Assembly (NCBI RefSeq): GCF_009914755.1
Contig: NC_060926.1
Direction: 5' to 3' (one strand)
From: the human T2T-CHM13v2.0 reference genome, Homo sapiens
DNA: 64,000 nt
Part shown: in pieces, positions 24,433 through 38,220 of the stretch
How the letters are laid out: each line of letters starts with the position of its first letter
Position numbering within the stretch: the first letter of the stretch is position 1
Made by a program: the position numbers and the translations under genes
Notes under the pieces: model-generated
Databases searched by the model: none
Told to the model about the DNA's origin: nothing
What the model saw: only the letters and a program-made list of their open reading frames with translations

Positions 24433-25232
24433 GTGATAATAGTGTCAAATGAGAGCCAGTGTCCAGTAATTCCCCAAATATCTGAGAATTTTCTTTTCTT
24501 TAAGTCACAGTCATCCTGGCAGAAGGCTGTAAGTCCCTTTGGGGAAGACTGGGAAAAAGATTAACAATGTAAATTTTTGGCAACGTAGCAGTGTACTTCC
24601 CCAAGATCACCCAGCCTCCCCTTCACTTAAGGGGTTGTGGGCCTGTGAACTGGCTCAAGTCTGGGAATTGATTGAGGGTTTTAGATCTGTGTTTCATTAA
24701 TTTGAGTTAGTCTTTTATTCAGTTGACCTAGAATTCTTCATTTTTTAAAGAACAACTAAGACTTTGGTACAGCCCATTAGCTCTCCCTGTGGATACCATG
24801 GACTACACAATGCCGTGGGTGTCTGTGAGTCAAACCATTCTGACTGCTGCTTTGACACTGCTTTCCACTGTGGTGACCACACCCACCTCATCTTTGGTGA
24901 TTAAGGACAGCCCATGTTCCCTGCCACCCCAGGATTCAATTATCCTCATTTTACTTAAAGATCCCAGTCCAGTGGCTGCAGTTCCTGCTGTAACATTTTG
25001 CCTACTGAGAGCACAAGCTCAAAGCTCTTCCAGGATACTGGGCTCCTCTCACAATATTCTTTCTCATGATCGTTGTGAGGAGTATGTTCCGTAGACCCTC
25101 CAGTGTGAGTGAGCAGGTCTGACATAATAAATCCAGTCTCCCTGAGTTTTTGCATACCTTTCTGTACACATAAACCAAGGAAGTTGTGGCATCTCAACTT
25201 TATGTACCTTAGGTAAACTCTGATTCTGTTTC

Positions 25233-25383
25233 AGCCAACCAACCAAGTCACCAAACAAGCAAACAGCCAACCAATCAACCAACAAGCAAGCAAGCAAGCA
25301 ACAAACCAACCAAACAACCAAGCAAGGAAGCAAGCACCAACCAACCAAGCAAGCAACCAACCAAGTAACCGATCAAACCAACC
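25233..25383. repeat. (AACC/AAGC)n low-complexity tract; (GT)n follows at about 25557-25582
   Basis: Visible tetramer repeats. Confidence 0.85.
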
Positions 25384-25589
25384 CTTGGAGCCCTTTCTAA
25401 AGCTTTGACCTACAACCCTGAGTCCAGAATCTCTGTTTAGTGGGCCAACATTAATAAATTTAGCCTAATCCAACTTTATGTTACTTCCACCATGGTGCCA
25501 CACACTTAATATCCATTCCCACATATATTCTCCAGATTTCCTTCTGTATAAATTGCGTGTGTGTGTGTGTGTGTGTGTGTGTAGAAAGA

Positions 25590-26519
25590 GAGCATCAACT
25601 AAAAAATCACACAATTTTATAAATTTAGAAAAGAGAGCTTTATTTCTTATATAGGTTTGCAGTCTGCAAGGTGGCCATTATGACAGGCTGGGAAGTGTGG
25701 CCTACAGCCAAGGCCAGAGGCAGGCATTTCCAGGGAGGGGAGAGGACAGGAATTTGAGCCAAATGAATTGGCTACATATACATACTCAATAGGATATCAG
25801 AGGAGCTATATCATTTTATGAGAATACTCATAAAAGAGGTCCTAATGCATGCATATTCCATAAACATGCATGTTCATTCTGGGGTGGAGACTTGACATTT
25901 AAATGTATTATAATTAGGCCCTACACATCAAAAAGTGAAGCAGGGACATGAAGGTACTCAGCCTCTGTACAGGCACAGCCTCCAAAACTGGCCAGAACCC
26001 GTCCATGGAGGATGGTCTCTTATCAGGAGAAAGTTACTGAAATCAGTCCCTTGTCCAGAGAAAGCTGTCATTAAGGTTAGTGGGGCAGGAGATCAGTTAC
26101 TCAGCGTCTGTGAACTGGGTGAGTTGTAATTGTTTTAATCTTGCTTCTCTCACAGCCAGTGCTTGCTTGGTTGCTAGAGAAAAATAAAACCCACGTGGTA
26201 GTTAGAATCTAGTTAATTCTTTAAGAGTAGGCTACAAGACTTAACGCTCGCCTGGCATGGCCCTAGGTCCTGTTTATAATTTGAGGTCTTATTGCCACAA
26301 AGAGTCTGTTCTGTCAGTCTCATGATCTCTATTTTAACATTAATGCTGTTCAGTTGTGGGGTCTAAACCATAAGAGGGAGGGAGGTACAGGGAGGTATGT
26401 CTGACCTCCTGTCCTGTCATGGCCAAGAACTGAATTTTAAGATTTATTTGAGGTTCCGTTGGCCAACAGGGGGTCTGTTAAGTCGGGTGGGGGGCTTAGG
26501 ATTTTATTTTTAGTTTTCA
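25590..26519 (-). mobile_element. ERV1 (MER4-group-like) LTR
   Basis: Ends with gggggcttaggattttatttttagttttca, the reverse complement of a recalled MER4-group LTR start (TGTAAACCAAAAATAAAATTCTAAGCCCCC-like). Confidence 0.6.
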
Positions 26520-28389
26520 AGGGAGATAAAATAATTTAATCAATTGGCCCCTGTGACTGTGGGACTAACATGGCTATGATCTGTCGGACAGACTTCAGGC
26601 TGGCACCCAGGCAAAATTCTATGCTGTAGTAAATGCATCATGCACATTTGTAACAACACATACATAACAATGTCACAAAATACTTTCAAGGTGACACCTA
26701 GATTAGTATTTTATTGAATAGCTGATGATATAAACTGGCTCATTTGATGCCAAGACTGACCATCACCACCATACCAAGGTCATCACTGATCAGAGGCCTA
26801 ACCCAAGGAGGGGGTCATGTGCAGACCCAGCAGTGGGGAGGAAAGATGCTGCAGAGGAGACGGATGCCCACAGAGGCCCCTGAGCGGACACAATGCTCAC
26901 TAAGTGATAAGTATAGACTCAACGTAGGCTGTAAGGTCTCCCCCTGTGCAAATGGGACCCCGTCCACTTGAGAGTCAAGGGTCTGTTTGGGTGGCAGGGA
27001 TAGCCACTTCTGAAGGTAGAAAGGAAAATAAGCCACCAAATTGGTACCTTTCTGTGAAATGGACATCGTGCTTAGAATCTCCATTTTCCCCACAACCTGG
27101 AGGAATAAGTACTGTCATCTGCATTTTGTAGCTGAAGAATCTGACTCAACAAAATTAAATTACTCACCTAAGCAATTAGCAATTAACCAAGTCTTTCTGA
27201 CTCAGAAACCCAGCTGTTGCCTGTTCATATCCAGCCCCTGTACTGGGGTCAAGATCTGGCCTGTTCTCAATGCAGCAAGATCCAGGCAGATCACACTGGA
27301 CTCCCAGCACTGAATCTGGCTCGAGGGGACATCAAATTTGACTGGGTCATGGGGCTCAGGAGCATCACTCTCAAAAATAGCAGTACAGGAAGAGGCGATG
27401 GCCCTAAACAGCATTTGCAGGCAGATCCCATGTTAATCGTAAGGGTCAGGACTCTCACTTTTCTGTCCCTCTCTCTCTGTCTCTCCTCTAGGGCTGACCC
27501 CACATTGGACACCACTGCATCCATGTCCATCACACACCACAGCTGCCTTTTCTTCTGCCTGCTTATGGGAAAGTCCCCTCCTCTCCTCCATTTTCTTCTC
27601 TTCCTGCCCTATCACACCGTGCACTTCTCCCTTTCCTTAAAGAACCACCATCAACTTTAGGAGGAGGGAAAGGGGTGGCTCTGGCAGGAAAAGCCAGAAT
27701 CCCCTCTAGCCAGCAGAGAGAGAGGAATGGCTGCCTGTTTTCTCCCCCAATCCAAGGCACTAGGTTTTGGCTAGGTTGCAGGTTGCAAGCTGCTCTCCTG
27801 CTGTGTCGGTGAGTTCTGGTCAACCTGCAACCTCCTGATGTGGCCACTGCAGTTCATCGAGTCTTCAGGGACTCCCCATGGCCTGGAGTACTTTGCCTTG
27901 CTTACACGGGAGAGGAGAATGGATTTATAGGGAACATCATCTAAATCCAACTTGACCATTGTGTGGCCACACTTGCTAGATTGCTATAGTCTAAATCTAA
28001 CATTGTAGAAAGACGGGGGAGCTTGGAGCTGCACAAACCCAGGTCTGGAACTGGCTCCCTACCTTGAAAGGTGAATGATCCTGGCAGGACTCAGCCTCCC
28101 TGGGCCTCAGTTTCTTTATCTGTTTCTTGCTGGTTGGTTGGGTGATGTGGGGGCTGTGTGAAAACAGCTTGTCAATACAAGCCGAAATAGGAATATTTCT
28201 CCACAGAGTATGAAGGTCAAATGAGAGAATACATTTAAATTAAATGGAAAATTAAAATGGCAAAAAAGGCAAAGTTGTATTGAAAGTTCCAAGCTTCTCT
28301 ATAAGGAGCTTTTTGACTATGTAAGAATCCGGTACTCGTTCCCCCTAAATATTAAAAAAAAAGTTGAAGGAGGAAGAAGGGAGAGTGAT

Positions 28390-28658
28390 GCATGATGGGC
28401 GAGGACTTCACCTGCTGTTGCTGGCTTTGAGGATGGAGGAAGGAGGCCACAAACCTAGAAGCTGGAGCCCCTAGAAGCTAGAAAAGGCAGGGACCCGATT
28501 CATCCCTTGAGCCTCCAGAAGGGACATAGCCCCGCCAGCACCTTGACTTTAGCCCAGTGAGATCCTCTTAGGACTTTTGGCAACCAGAACTATAAGACAG
28601 AAATGGAAGCCACTGAGTCTGTAGCTGTTTGTTGCAGCAGCAATAGAAAACTAATGCA
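28390..28658 (+). mobile_element. MaLR LTR (MLT1-like)
   Basis: gctggctttgaggatggagg...gagcctccagaagg...ccagcaccttgactttagcccagtgaga...gcagcaatagaaaactaat. Confidence 0.8.
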
Positions 28659-28676
28659 GAGCCCAAGAAATCACTG

Positions 28677-28850
28677 GTGATGAGATGGGGAAGTGGGCTC
28701 AGGAGGTCTGGATCTGTGATGAGATGGGGAAAGTGGGGGAGGTCTGGATCTGTGATGAGATGGGGAAAGTGGGCTCAGGAGGTCTGGATCTGTGATGAGA
28801 TGGGGGAAGTGGGCTCAGGAGGTCTGGATCTGAGTTGGGGATCTGGAGTG
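28677..28850. repeat. Minisatellite of about 40 bp, about 4 copies; (AT)n at 28900-28956
   Basis: gtgatgagatgggggaagtgggctcaggaggtctggatct repeated. Confidence 0.9.
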
Positions 28851-28895
28851 GAAGGGGAATTCATTTGTTCATTGTCTATCCTTTTGCATTGATTG

Positions 28896-28959
<64 letters not shown>

Positions 28960-31335
28960 AATTTTCACAATAAAAGTTTTTTCCAAAATAAAATAAACAA
29001 AAGGGGCTTTTTGCAACCCAATTCCTATCTATGTCTGAGTCCACTTGTATTGAATGAGTCTTTCTGCTAACGTCCTTATATTTGGGTGACAATCTGAATG
29101 TCAGTGACCAATCAGAGCAGAGGCAGACCTTGGAGTGGGCAGGGCACCCTGAGGGCCCTGATTCCCGCCATGAGGCATAACCCTTTAGGTGCCAGACCAC
29201 GGGGAGGTCCAGGGGTTGCAGGGGAGGGCTGTGCATCTGCAATGACTCTCAGGGGGCTCCCGGTGGTGGCAATTGGTGAATCTGCACGGTGGTGTTTCAA
29301 TATTGTGACAACCCTGCTGTCTCTCATGCTCTTAAAAAGCATTTCTCTTACCTGTGACAGACTTCCTATACCTAACAGCTTGCAAAAATGTTCCAGGTTA
29401 ATGAGAATAATCTCTCGGAGCCATACCTCCCTGCTTGGGGTCTCAGTTTCCCCAACTGTCTCCAGACAAGTTAGGCTAGAAGGCCCCTGAGCCTCAGCCC
29501 CTCTATACCCCTCCTGTCACCCAGACCTGATCTGGGTCTTGCACCCTGGGTGCAGCAAGACAGGGGTGGGCAGGGGCTGGCTCTGGGCCAGAGGACCCTT
29601 TCTGATGGACTTCAGCTGTTGGCCTTCCAGGGGAGACTGATCAACCTCACAAGAGTCATACGGTGAGTAGCAGTGGGCAGATCCATCCCCCTCATCTTAG
29701 ATTTATGGGGAGACAGAGAGAAAGAGGAGACACTCCAGGAAGACCTGCAGGTGGGAGTACCAGGTTGAAACCAAGAACACATTCCTGGAGGAGCTGCTGT
29801 TTGAGCCAGCTCTGAGAACAGGAGGGGACAGGACTGGAGAGGAGGAGGGGGTCCCCTATGAGCAAAGACTGGCCACCACCCCATCTAACACCCCCACAGG
29901 GCCCCTGTGGCATCCCTGTCCAGTCCCTGTCACCACCCAGTTTTTCCCTCTGGACCCAGGAATTCAAAGTAAGCAAGGAGGTCCACTGCTCCAGTTGACT
30001 GCAAATAATTACAACCTTGAGCCCAAGCAGCACTTTGGGTCCTGGTTTGGGACCACGAAGCGGCTCGGTGAGACTGAGAGGTAAGGCCAGGACAGGAATT
30101 GGGATAGTAGGATTGAACTCTCCCTGGGGGCCAGCCTCAGAAAGCCTGTGGCCATGGCCTCTTGGCCAACATCAGATCCTGTGGTCTGGCAATGCCTGGG
30201 GTACCCAGACCTCACTCTGGACAGGCCCTGGGAGGGGGCCCTGGTGAGATTCCTGGCAGCCTCACAGCCACTCTTCTGTCCGTAGCTACAACATGTCATG
30301 CCAGCTGGAGGCTCCATCCCAGTTGGCTGGGAGCACAAAGGCCAGGAAGATAGACATCACCCACCACAGGGGCCAGTCGGGGCCTGAACCAGGGCGGGCA
30401 GAGGTTGGCTGCCTTGGGATATGGGTGGGCTCAGTGAGTCAGACAGCAAGGGACTAGCCTCCCATCCTACTGCTGACCAGCTCTGTGACTGGAGAGAGTC
30501 ACCTTACTTCTCTGGGCCGAGTTTCCCCCTCTGTGGAGTGACACTAAATGCTCTCTCTGGAGACTGGGATCAATAGGGCACTGGTGATTGACCAGGCACT
30601 CAGCACATGCCTGGAGCACACAGTGCAGGGCTGTGGTGGGGAGGTGGCCTGAGTTCCTGGGGAGTCACCCATGTGTGCCTGCCCTTCTGACCAGCCACCA
30701 GGCCCTCAGGGCAGAGCCTACTACCAGCAGCAGCTCACACCCCGAGACCAGCTCAGAGGCAGCCCCTACCTCAGCAGCAGGGACATCACGGACACTTTGA
30801 GCTGCTACTAGGGTGGCTTCCCCAGCTCCCACGTGGAGAGGGGTCCCAGCTGAGTCCCACTCACGTGGAGTCTCATGCCCATGAAAGTGCCATTCACCAC
30901 TGGTCAGGCTCAGGAGGCCGCATGAGGGGGGGGGGTCACTGGGGAGGAGATATTGGGGTAACAGAGAGGGTGGTTGAATTTTTGTATAATAGGCAGTGCA
31001 AGTGTTTACCGTTTGGGAGGGGAAAGGTTTGTTATTATTAGCAATGCTACACTTGAATATTATACTAAAATCCACTTTCTCTATAACCTGGGAGTTGCTC
31101 TTTTGTTCTTTCTTTTCCCATCTTAATTAAAATGAGATGCAGACTCTCACGGTCCACAGTCGATTAAGAAATCTTGCACGGCCATCAGGTTATGTCTTGG
31201 AGAGCAGAGTTTCAGTACCATCAGCCTGGCAAGGAGCTGGGCCTGCTCCTCAGAGCTCCCGGGACTGTGAGAATTGGCATGTTCACAGGGCACTGTCACA
31301 GCCTCTGAAACACGCTGTCTTTAAAGACGTTTGCA

Positions 31336-31629
31336 GGCTGGACGCGGTGGCTCACTCCTGTAATCCCAGCACTTTGGGAGGCAGAAGCGGGTGGCTCACT
31401 TGAGGTCAGGAGTTTGAGACCAACATGGCCAACATGGCAAAACCCCATCTCTACTAAAAATACAAAAAATTAGCCAGGTGTGGTGGCAGGTGCCTGTAAT
31501 TCCAGCTACTCAGGAGGCTGAGGTAGGAGAACTGCTTGAACCCAGGAGGCGGAGGTTGCAATGAGCAGAGATCATTGCACTCCAGTCTGGGCAACAAGAG
31601 CAAAACTTCATCTCAAAAAAAAAAAAAAA
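31336..31629 (+). mobile_element. AluS element
   Basis: Two-arm Alu with a polyA tail. Confidence 0.9.
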
Positions 31630-33617
31630 CACACAAAGACATTTGCAAGGACCATGTCCTCACCCAGAATGGTGCCTGCCTTTCTACAGTTTTTCAGGAA
31701 GACGAAACATTTTCTGCTTCTCTCGCTGAGGTTTTCTTTAACCACCCATTAGGAACCTATAGATTTCAGGATGGAACACTGGGATTCCCTCAGCACTAAA
31801 GGAGGAAAATTGCAAACAGAGCTGAAAGTGCAATGTGCAAAGGTCAGGCTGAGGAAGGTTCTTAGCCAGTAGACCAAGGGCAGGAAGGACACTGCCTCCT
31901 CAGTCTCCCACTTTGTGATTCTTGTCCCCTGACCTCAGAATTCCTTGTCATGTTTGTTTTGTCTCCAAGGGAAGGGTTTGAATTACAGAATTTAAGGCTA
32001 GAATGGGCCTCGTGCAGTTAACATTAACCCTCTCTCTCCTTCGCTGGCCGAGGTGAAGTCCAGGAACATGTAGTTCTGATGTCCACTCTCTCGGGGGATC
32101 ACCAGTTCACCCATCTCACCCGGCAAGCTGGGCCCTAGTTTGGCGACAGGCATCTTCCACCCACCTGGGAGGCAGGGTTCAATACTCTGCCTCAGACCTT
32201 GTTTCCTTCTTCTGCCATCTGCTTAGGCAGCCAGAAGGGGTTGTCCAGCCAGCACCTGGGCTTTGGCGCTCAAGAAGGTGGAGGAAGTTTCAGGCACCTG
32301 GCTCCTCAGGTGTCTGCCATCCAGGTGCTCTTCAGGCCTGCCCAGAAGAGCTCTCTTGATCCAGCTAGAACTGGCCAGAACTGACTCACTCAGGAATGTG
32401 TAGACTTTGACATCAGGGGCTGCTTTAATTTGCACAATTTCCAAATACCTCTTTTTTCTTCTTTTTCTGATGAGTCATCTCCCTAGACTTGCATTTTAAA
32501 GAGATAGATAGTTATCAGATTCCAGAGAAGACATGGTAGAACATTTATATGTCAAAGACACAGAGCTGAGACTTTAGTTTTAGATACTATAATTTGCCTA
32601 AACCAAAAAGGAAGGTGTAGGTAAAGTTCTAGTCAAGACAGGATGGCCAGGAAAAACACCTTAAACCAAGGGACGGCTTGCTCTGCTGATTTAAGCCAAT
32701 GGCTTCTTTATCATAAGACTTCCCAGTGATTTAGTCCTCCCTCTCTTCCAGTGCACAGAGACATACCCCTCCTTACAAATAAAAATGTTCTTTATAGATG
32801 TAAATTTATTTTACAAAAATGTTTCAAAATAACCAGATGAAAATCATCCTTATGCCAGAAAGACTTGTTTTTTTTTTTTTTTTCATTACTAGAAATGAAA
32901 CAGTAAGTATTTGTTGTATTGACATACTTAGGCTTAGACCTATGTTTAACAAGAAAGCCTAATAATAGCACTGTGGTTAGACTGTAGCCTATTTTTCCAA
33001 ACCATCATTTTATTATTAAGGAAACGAAGGATCAAATACCTTTCATTCATCCGATATGATCCTTTAAAACACATTCCACTAATAAGTCCCATTTGGAACA
33101 GCTGAAAATCTTTTAATAAAACTTTTTAAAGATGAGCTCATGGCTTAGTGTAAATTTCACAAGCTTAATTAGGTCAAATGGAAGGAACTCAGATGAGTAG
33201 TTGCCCAATCAGAGCCCATTATTTGTAAGTCATCAGACCCCTCCGTGACCTTAAAACTCCACTCTGACCTAATTATTGCAAACCTATATACAAAAAAGTG
33301 AAAGGATTAATTTTCATTCATCAACCTCTCAATCCCAGATTTTCAAAGAAAAAACCTATGTAAGGAATACTTGCCAAAACCAGACAGGAAAATTAGAGCC
33401 TGCATACTTAAGAGTCAAATTTGTTCCACTACAGCCAGGTGGCATACAATTACATCATTTGGTTCTTCATACACTCTAGAACTGACTAGGACAGAGTTTA
33501 GCATAGAAAAACTGTAAGAAATAGGTTCTGAAACATAGAAATTGCAAAGTTTAAAAGGCTATGAAAAAAACTAATGCAAATGAGAGACTCCCCTCCCTTT
33601 GTTTTAAAGAAATAGAC

Positions 33618-34378
33618 CCATCAGAGAAATGCAAATCAAAACCACAATGAGATACCATCTCACACCAGTTAGAATGGCGATCATTAAAAAGTCAGGAAAC
33701 AACAGGTGCTGGAGAGGATGTGGAGAAATAGGAACACTTTCACACTGTTGGTGGGACTGTAAACTAGTTCAACCATTGTGGAAGACAGTGTGGCCATTCC
33801 TCAGGGATCTAGAACTAGAGATACCATTTGACCCAGCCATCCCACTACTGAGTATATACCCAAAGGATTATAAATCGTGCTGCTATAAAGACACATGCAC
33901 ACGTATGTTTATTGCAGCACTATTCACAATAGCAAAGACTTGGAACCAACCCAAATGTCCAACAATGATAGACTGGATGAAGAACATGTGGCACATATAC
34001 ACCATGGAATACTAGGCATCCATAAAAAATGATGAGTTCATGTCCTTTGTAGGTGCACGGATGAAGCTGGAAACCATCATTCTCAGCAAACTATCGCAAG
34101 GACAAAAAACCAAACACCACATGTTCTCACTCATAGGTGGGAATTGAACAATGAGAACACTTGGACACAGGAAGGGGAACATCACACACCAGGGCCTGTT
34201 GTGGGGTGGGGGGAGGGGGGAGGGATAGCATTAGGAGATATGCCTAATATAAATGATGAGTTAATGGGTGCAGCACACCAACATGGCACATGGATACATA
34301 TGCAACAAACATGCACAGTGTGCATGTGTACCCTAGAATTTAAAGCATAATAAATAAATATAAAAAAATAAAAAAGGA
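33618..34378 (+). mobile_element. L1PA 3' fragment (ORF2 C-terminus plus 3' UTR)
   Basis: ORF 33629-34015 [36 protein letters not shown]... is the L1 ORF2 C-terminus; G-rich 3' UTR and A tail follow. Confidence 0.95.
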
Positions 34379-37248
34379 AATAGATGTTCTGTAAAAATAT
34401 ACACATTTTTTACAGACAAATACATTTATAAGTTGTTTTTATCTTAAAAATTGGGGATATTTCATATTTATAACTAATTATTGAACCTTAAGTTTTCTTG
34501 GCCATTTCTAGGCTAACAAACTACGAATCATGTAAACTAAGCCAAAGTAGAATAGACATAAAAGTCCTGAACACTTCAACTTCCTATCCTTCAAGAAGTA
34601 TACCTCGCAAAGCTCATTTGAGAGAGGAAAAGCTTTCCTCCACCCTCTGTTTTACAGCGCTGAGGCTTCTCATCACATTTCTATGACTTGTAGCTTAAAT
34701 CCATGTTACATGGTAACTGGCATTGTTAGTGCTTCTCTTTTAACACAGTAGGAATTAATCAATTTGGTGGTGTATTTAATTAATTCTATCACTAGAGGAT
34801 TGTAAAATTTACATATATGAATACCTCACTTTAGAGGCCACTTAATTTTTTTCCAAGGGGATATTTGACTACATTTCACTTGTGTCTTATTTAATGATTT
34901 TATAATTTAAACCCTAAATTATAAATCTAGAATTTAGAAAGTATATTTCCCCACTGGATTACATTTTTGGAAATATTATTTTATATGTGCACAAATATTA
35001 CAAAATCACTGTAGACACCTGAAAACTATATTATCTTTTAAAGGCAATATTTACATTAAACTGGTATAACAAAATTGTTTGGTGCATTTTTTTCCAGTAC
35101 ATTTTGTATATATTACATGTTTAACCTTTTTTTATTCAGCAAATAATTTTTGAGTATCTACTAAGTGCTAGGTTCTGCATTACTAACTGAATTTAAAGAG
35201 TGAAATAACAGACATGGTCTCAGACAATAAAAATTAACATTAGGTCACCTATTTATATATTGTAAAATGGTAATTATGAAAACTTTTTGAGATTTTTAAC
35301 TAGATAACATTATAATAATACACTTGATGTTGTTAATATTTGCCAGTGAGCAAAAAAGAAAATAAAAAGATGGTTTTATTCAATATACACTTTAAAATTG
35401 CAGAAAATAGTCAAGTTTCTCTGCTTTGCGGTTGAATGTCTATGTGTTTTTCTCCGCAACTTGCCTTTTGTGGAGTGAAACAATTATTCTTCCAGCACAA
35501 TAAAGGCAGAAGAGTAACAATAAATCTAATATTTTAAGTGCTTCTCAAAAGATAGTAAACATATTATTTCAGAATACTGAGTTCAATAAGTTGACCTACA
35601 AAAAAAGCCAAACTGACAGTATTACTGAATAAGGAAAGGCCCAAAGAGACAAAATACTTTTTATTTTGTAACCTCGGTATGACACAACTTACCCTAACTA
35701 TAAAGACCCTAAATTACCAAGATGGGTGCTTATAATAAGGAGAGTAAAAAAAGTCATTTGACTTTTAGCTTTTTTATTTCTCTCAGAATAAAAAGTGTCT
35801 AAGGAGTTTATAAAGAAGTTGATACTATAAGTTAGTACTACAATGACAGCACTTTTCAAGAAAAGACTTTTTTCTCTCTTACAAATATCATGTTAGCAGT
35901 ATTTGTTTTCTCCAGAAATAATGAGGAAATAAAAACATAAGTATGTGGGTAATTAGTGTAGTTTCTTAAAGAAATGAGTTAGGCAACAGGCTAATAATGT
36001 ATACTTCGCTGGCTTTTGAATGCCAACAATCATATTCTTTATAAGGCACAGAGAAGATTTTTCTGAAGAATAAGTATGTGAACCTGAAAAGTAATCACCA
36101 CTTGGTAGTGACAATATGGATAGGGTGAAGGGCGTCATCAAGAAGCAATGAAAAGATACATTTGCAGTTCAATTTGAAAACCATGATGTTTAATACATAT
36201 AGTAATAAAGAATACTTTCTCCTATTTCAAAATTATTTTAGAATTTAAGATAGAAGCTAAAATACCCAGGGATAATGATATGACTATCAAAAATTAAAAA
36301 TTAAAGGACATTTTGAGTATTAAAAGAATGAGAACTTATTACCCAATGAACAGGGGTTAATTCATTATGCTCCATATCCATTGAATTAAAAGACAGGCCC
36401 ATTACCTGGATAATTTGAAAGTTTAATTTTATTTAAAAGTCTTGTTTCATTCATCAAGCTAAAGGATTAGCTCCCAGAAATATTCTAGAATTGCATATCC
36501 CCAACTCTGTAGGAAGTATAGAAAGAATGTTATAAGGGCCACCATCTAAACATTATTATGTAAATAATTTAGTACCATTCCATTTGCCTTTGTAGATTTA
36601 AAACTGTAAATGACTGTCTCATATTAGGAAACATCACTTTTCAAAACCCAGATAAACATAGTACATTGCAAGAGAATAATTATTTTCTTTATTAAAAAAG
36701 AAATACTGGATGCTAAGTCCAAAAGACATAAATTATTTTATACTAATAACTACTAATATTTTATTCATTAAAATATAAAGGTCAAAGATTTCAAAATGAT
36801 CTTTAAATGATTAATAACATGTTGATCTTTTTCTTCTTTCTGTAAACCTTTTTGAGTCTTAAAAATACTAAACTATACAAGCAATATTAAATAGTATATA
36901 AACTTGGATTAAAATATTCAAATTTACTAGAATGTGGACATTGGAAAGAATGAAAATAAACAGAAGCATAAAGCAGCAGATATAAAATTAAGAAAGCAAC
37001 TAAGAGTGTTTAAAGTACATATTCATCTGTAGTCTAATGTCTACCATAAACAATGACTCTTCTCAGTAAAACACAAATTGTTCATGAAGGGAAAAAGCAT
37101 GTTGTATTAGAGAATATTCAACATAATTTTTTTAGTACTAACTTGTGCCTGGAGTATTATTGTTTTTTCTATTATGAACTTATGCACTTGTTAATTTTTT
37201 TCATAAAAATTATATGTACAACTCCACTCAAAAGCAGTTTTTGGTGGG

Positions 37249-37554
37249 TTTTTTTTTTTTTTTTTTTGAGACAGAGTTTTGCTCTTTTCACCCAGGCTGG
37301 AGGGCAATGGTGCGAATTTGGCTCACAGCAACCTAGCAACTTTTGCCTCCCAGGTTCAGGTGATTCTCTTGCCTCAGCCTCTCGAGTGGTTAGGACTACA
37401 AGCATGCACCACCATGCCTGGCTAATTTTGTGTTTTTAGTAGAGACATGGTTTTGCCATGTTGACCAGGCTGGTCTTGAACTCCTGACCTGAGGTAATCC
37501 ACCCATCTTGGCCTCCCAAAGTGCTGGGTATGGGCAAGAGCCACCATACCTGGC
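37249..37554 (-). mobile_element. AluS element (antisense)
   Basis: polyT-gagacagagttttgctc...gagccaccatacctggcc. Confidence 0.88.
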
Positions 37555-37899
37555 CTCAGAAGCAGTTTTTAAAAGCAAACACAATATAACACCAAAGTTG
37601 AAAAATCTATGCTCACCCAAGGATGCCAGGTTTAATAAATTATTTATAGAATACTGCATCAAAAATAAGACAATAACCCAAAATATACCATTAAAGATGT
37701 ATCCACTCCTACAACTGGAGATAATTAATCTATCTAGTAGCAAATGATACTTCAATCAGTTTCAGCATGTCTGAAATCTTTAAGGACAAAAGTGATAAAA
37801 CATGACTTCATTCTTCATTAGACTCTTAGAACACTTGAAGGAAAATAATTTCTGAAGCACAAAGAAGTAAAGAGGTGTAATCTTTCAAAAAGATATTCA

Positions 37900-38220
<321 letters not shown>

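Larger units (their letters stand above)
32340..37881 (-). pseudogene. Decayed, intron-containing IZUMO1-like pseudogene (Izumo domain plus Ig-like domain)
   Basis: Minus-strand exon-like blocks, mostly AG/GT-bounded: 37751-37777 (or to 37881), about 36770-36857, 36576-36603, 36406-36458, 36005-36083, 33408-33475, 33040-33101 and about 32340-32597. Spliced translation gives Izumo-type Cys spacing and IZUMO1-like Ig motifs but needs several frameshifts and stop repairs. Compared with recalled human IZUMO1/2/3 only. Confidence 0.55.

Noticed and set aside
27771-27959. Peptide KLDLDDVPYKSILLS resembling a RALGDS-type RA-domain motif
   Set aside because: The match is only a few residues, with no flanking similarity or supporting exons.
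29600-30075. Two + strand exon-like blocks with GTGAG donors (about 29616-29662 and 29960-30067)
   Set aside because: They do not join in an open frame and I cannot assign the peptide to any family.
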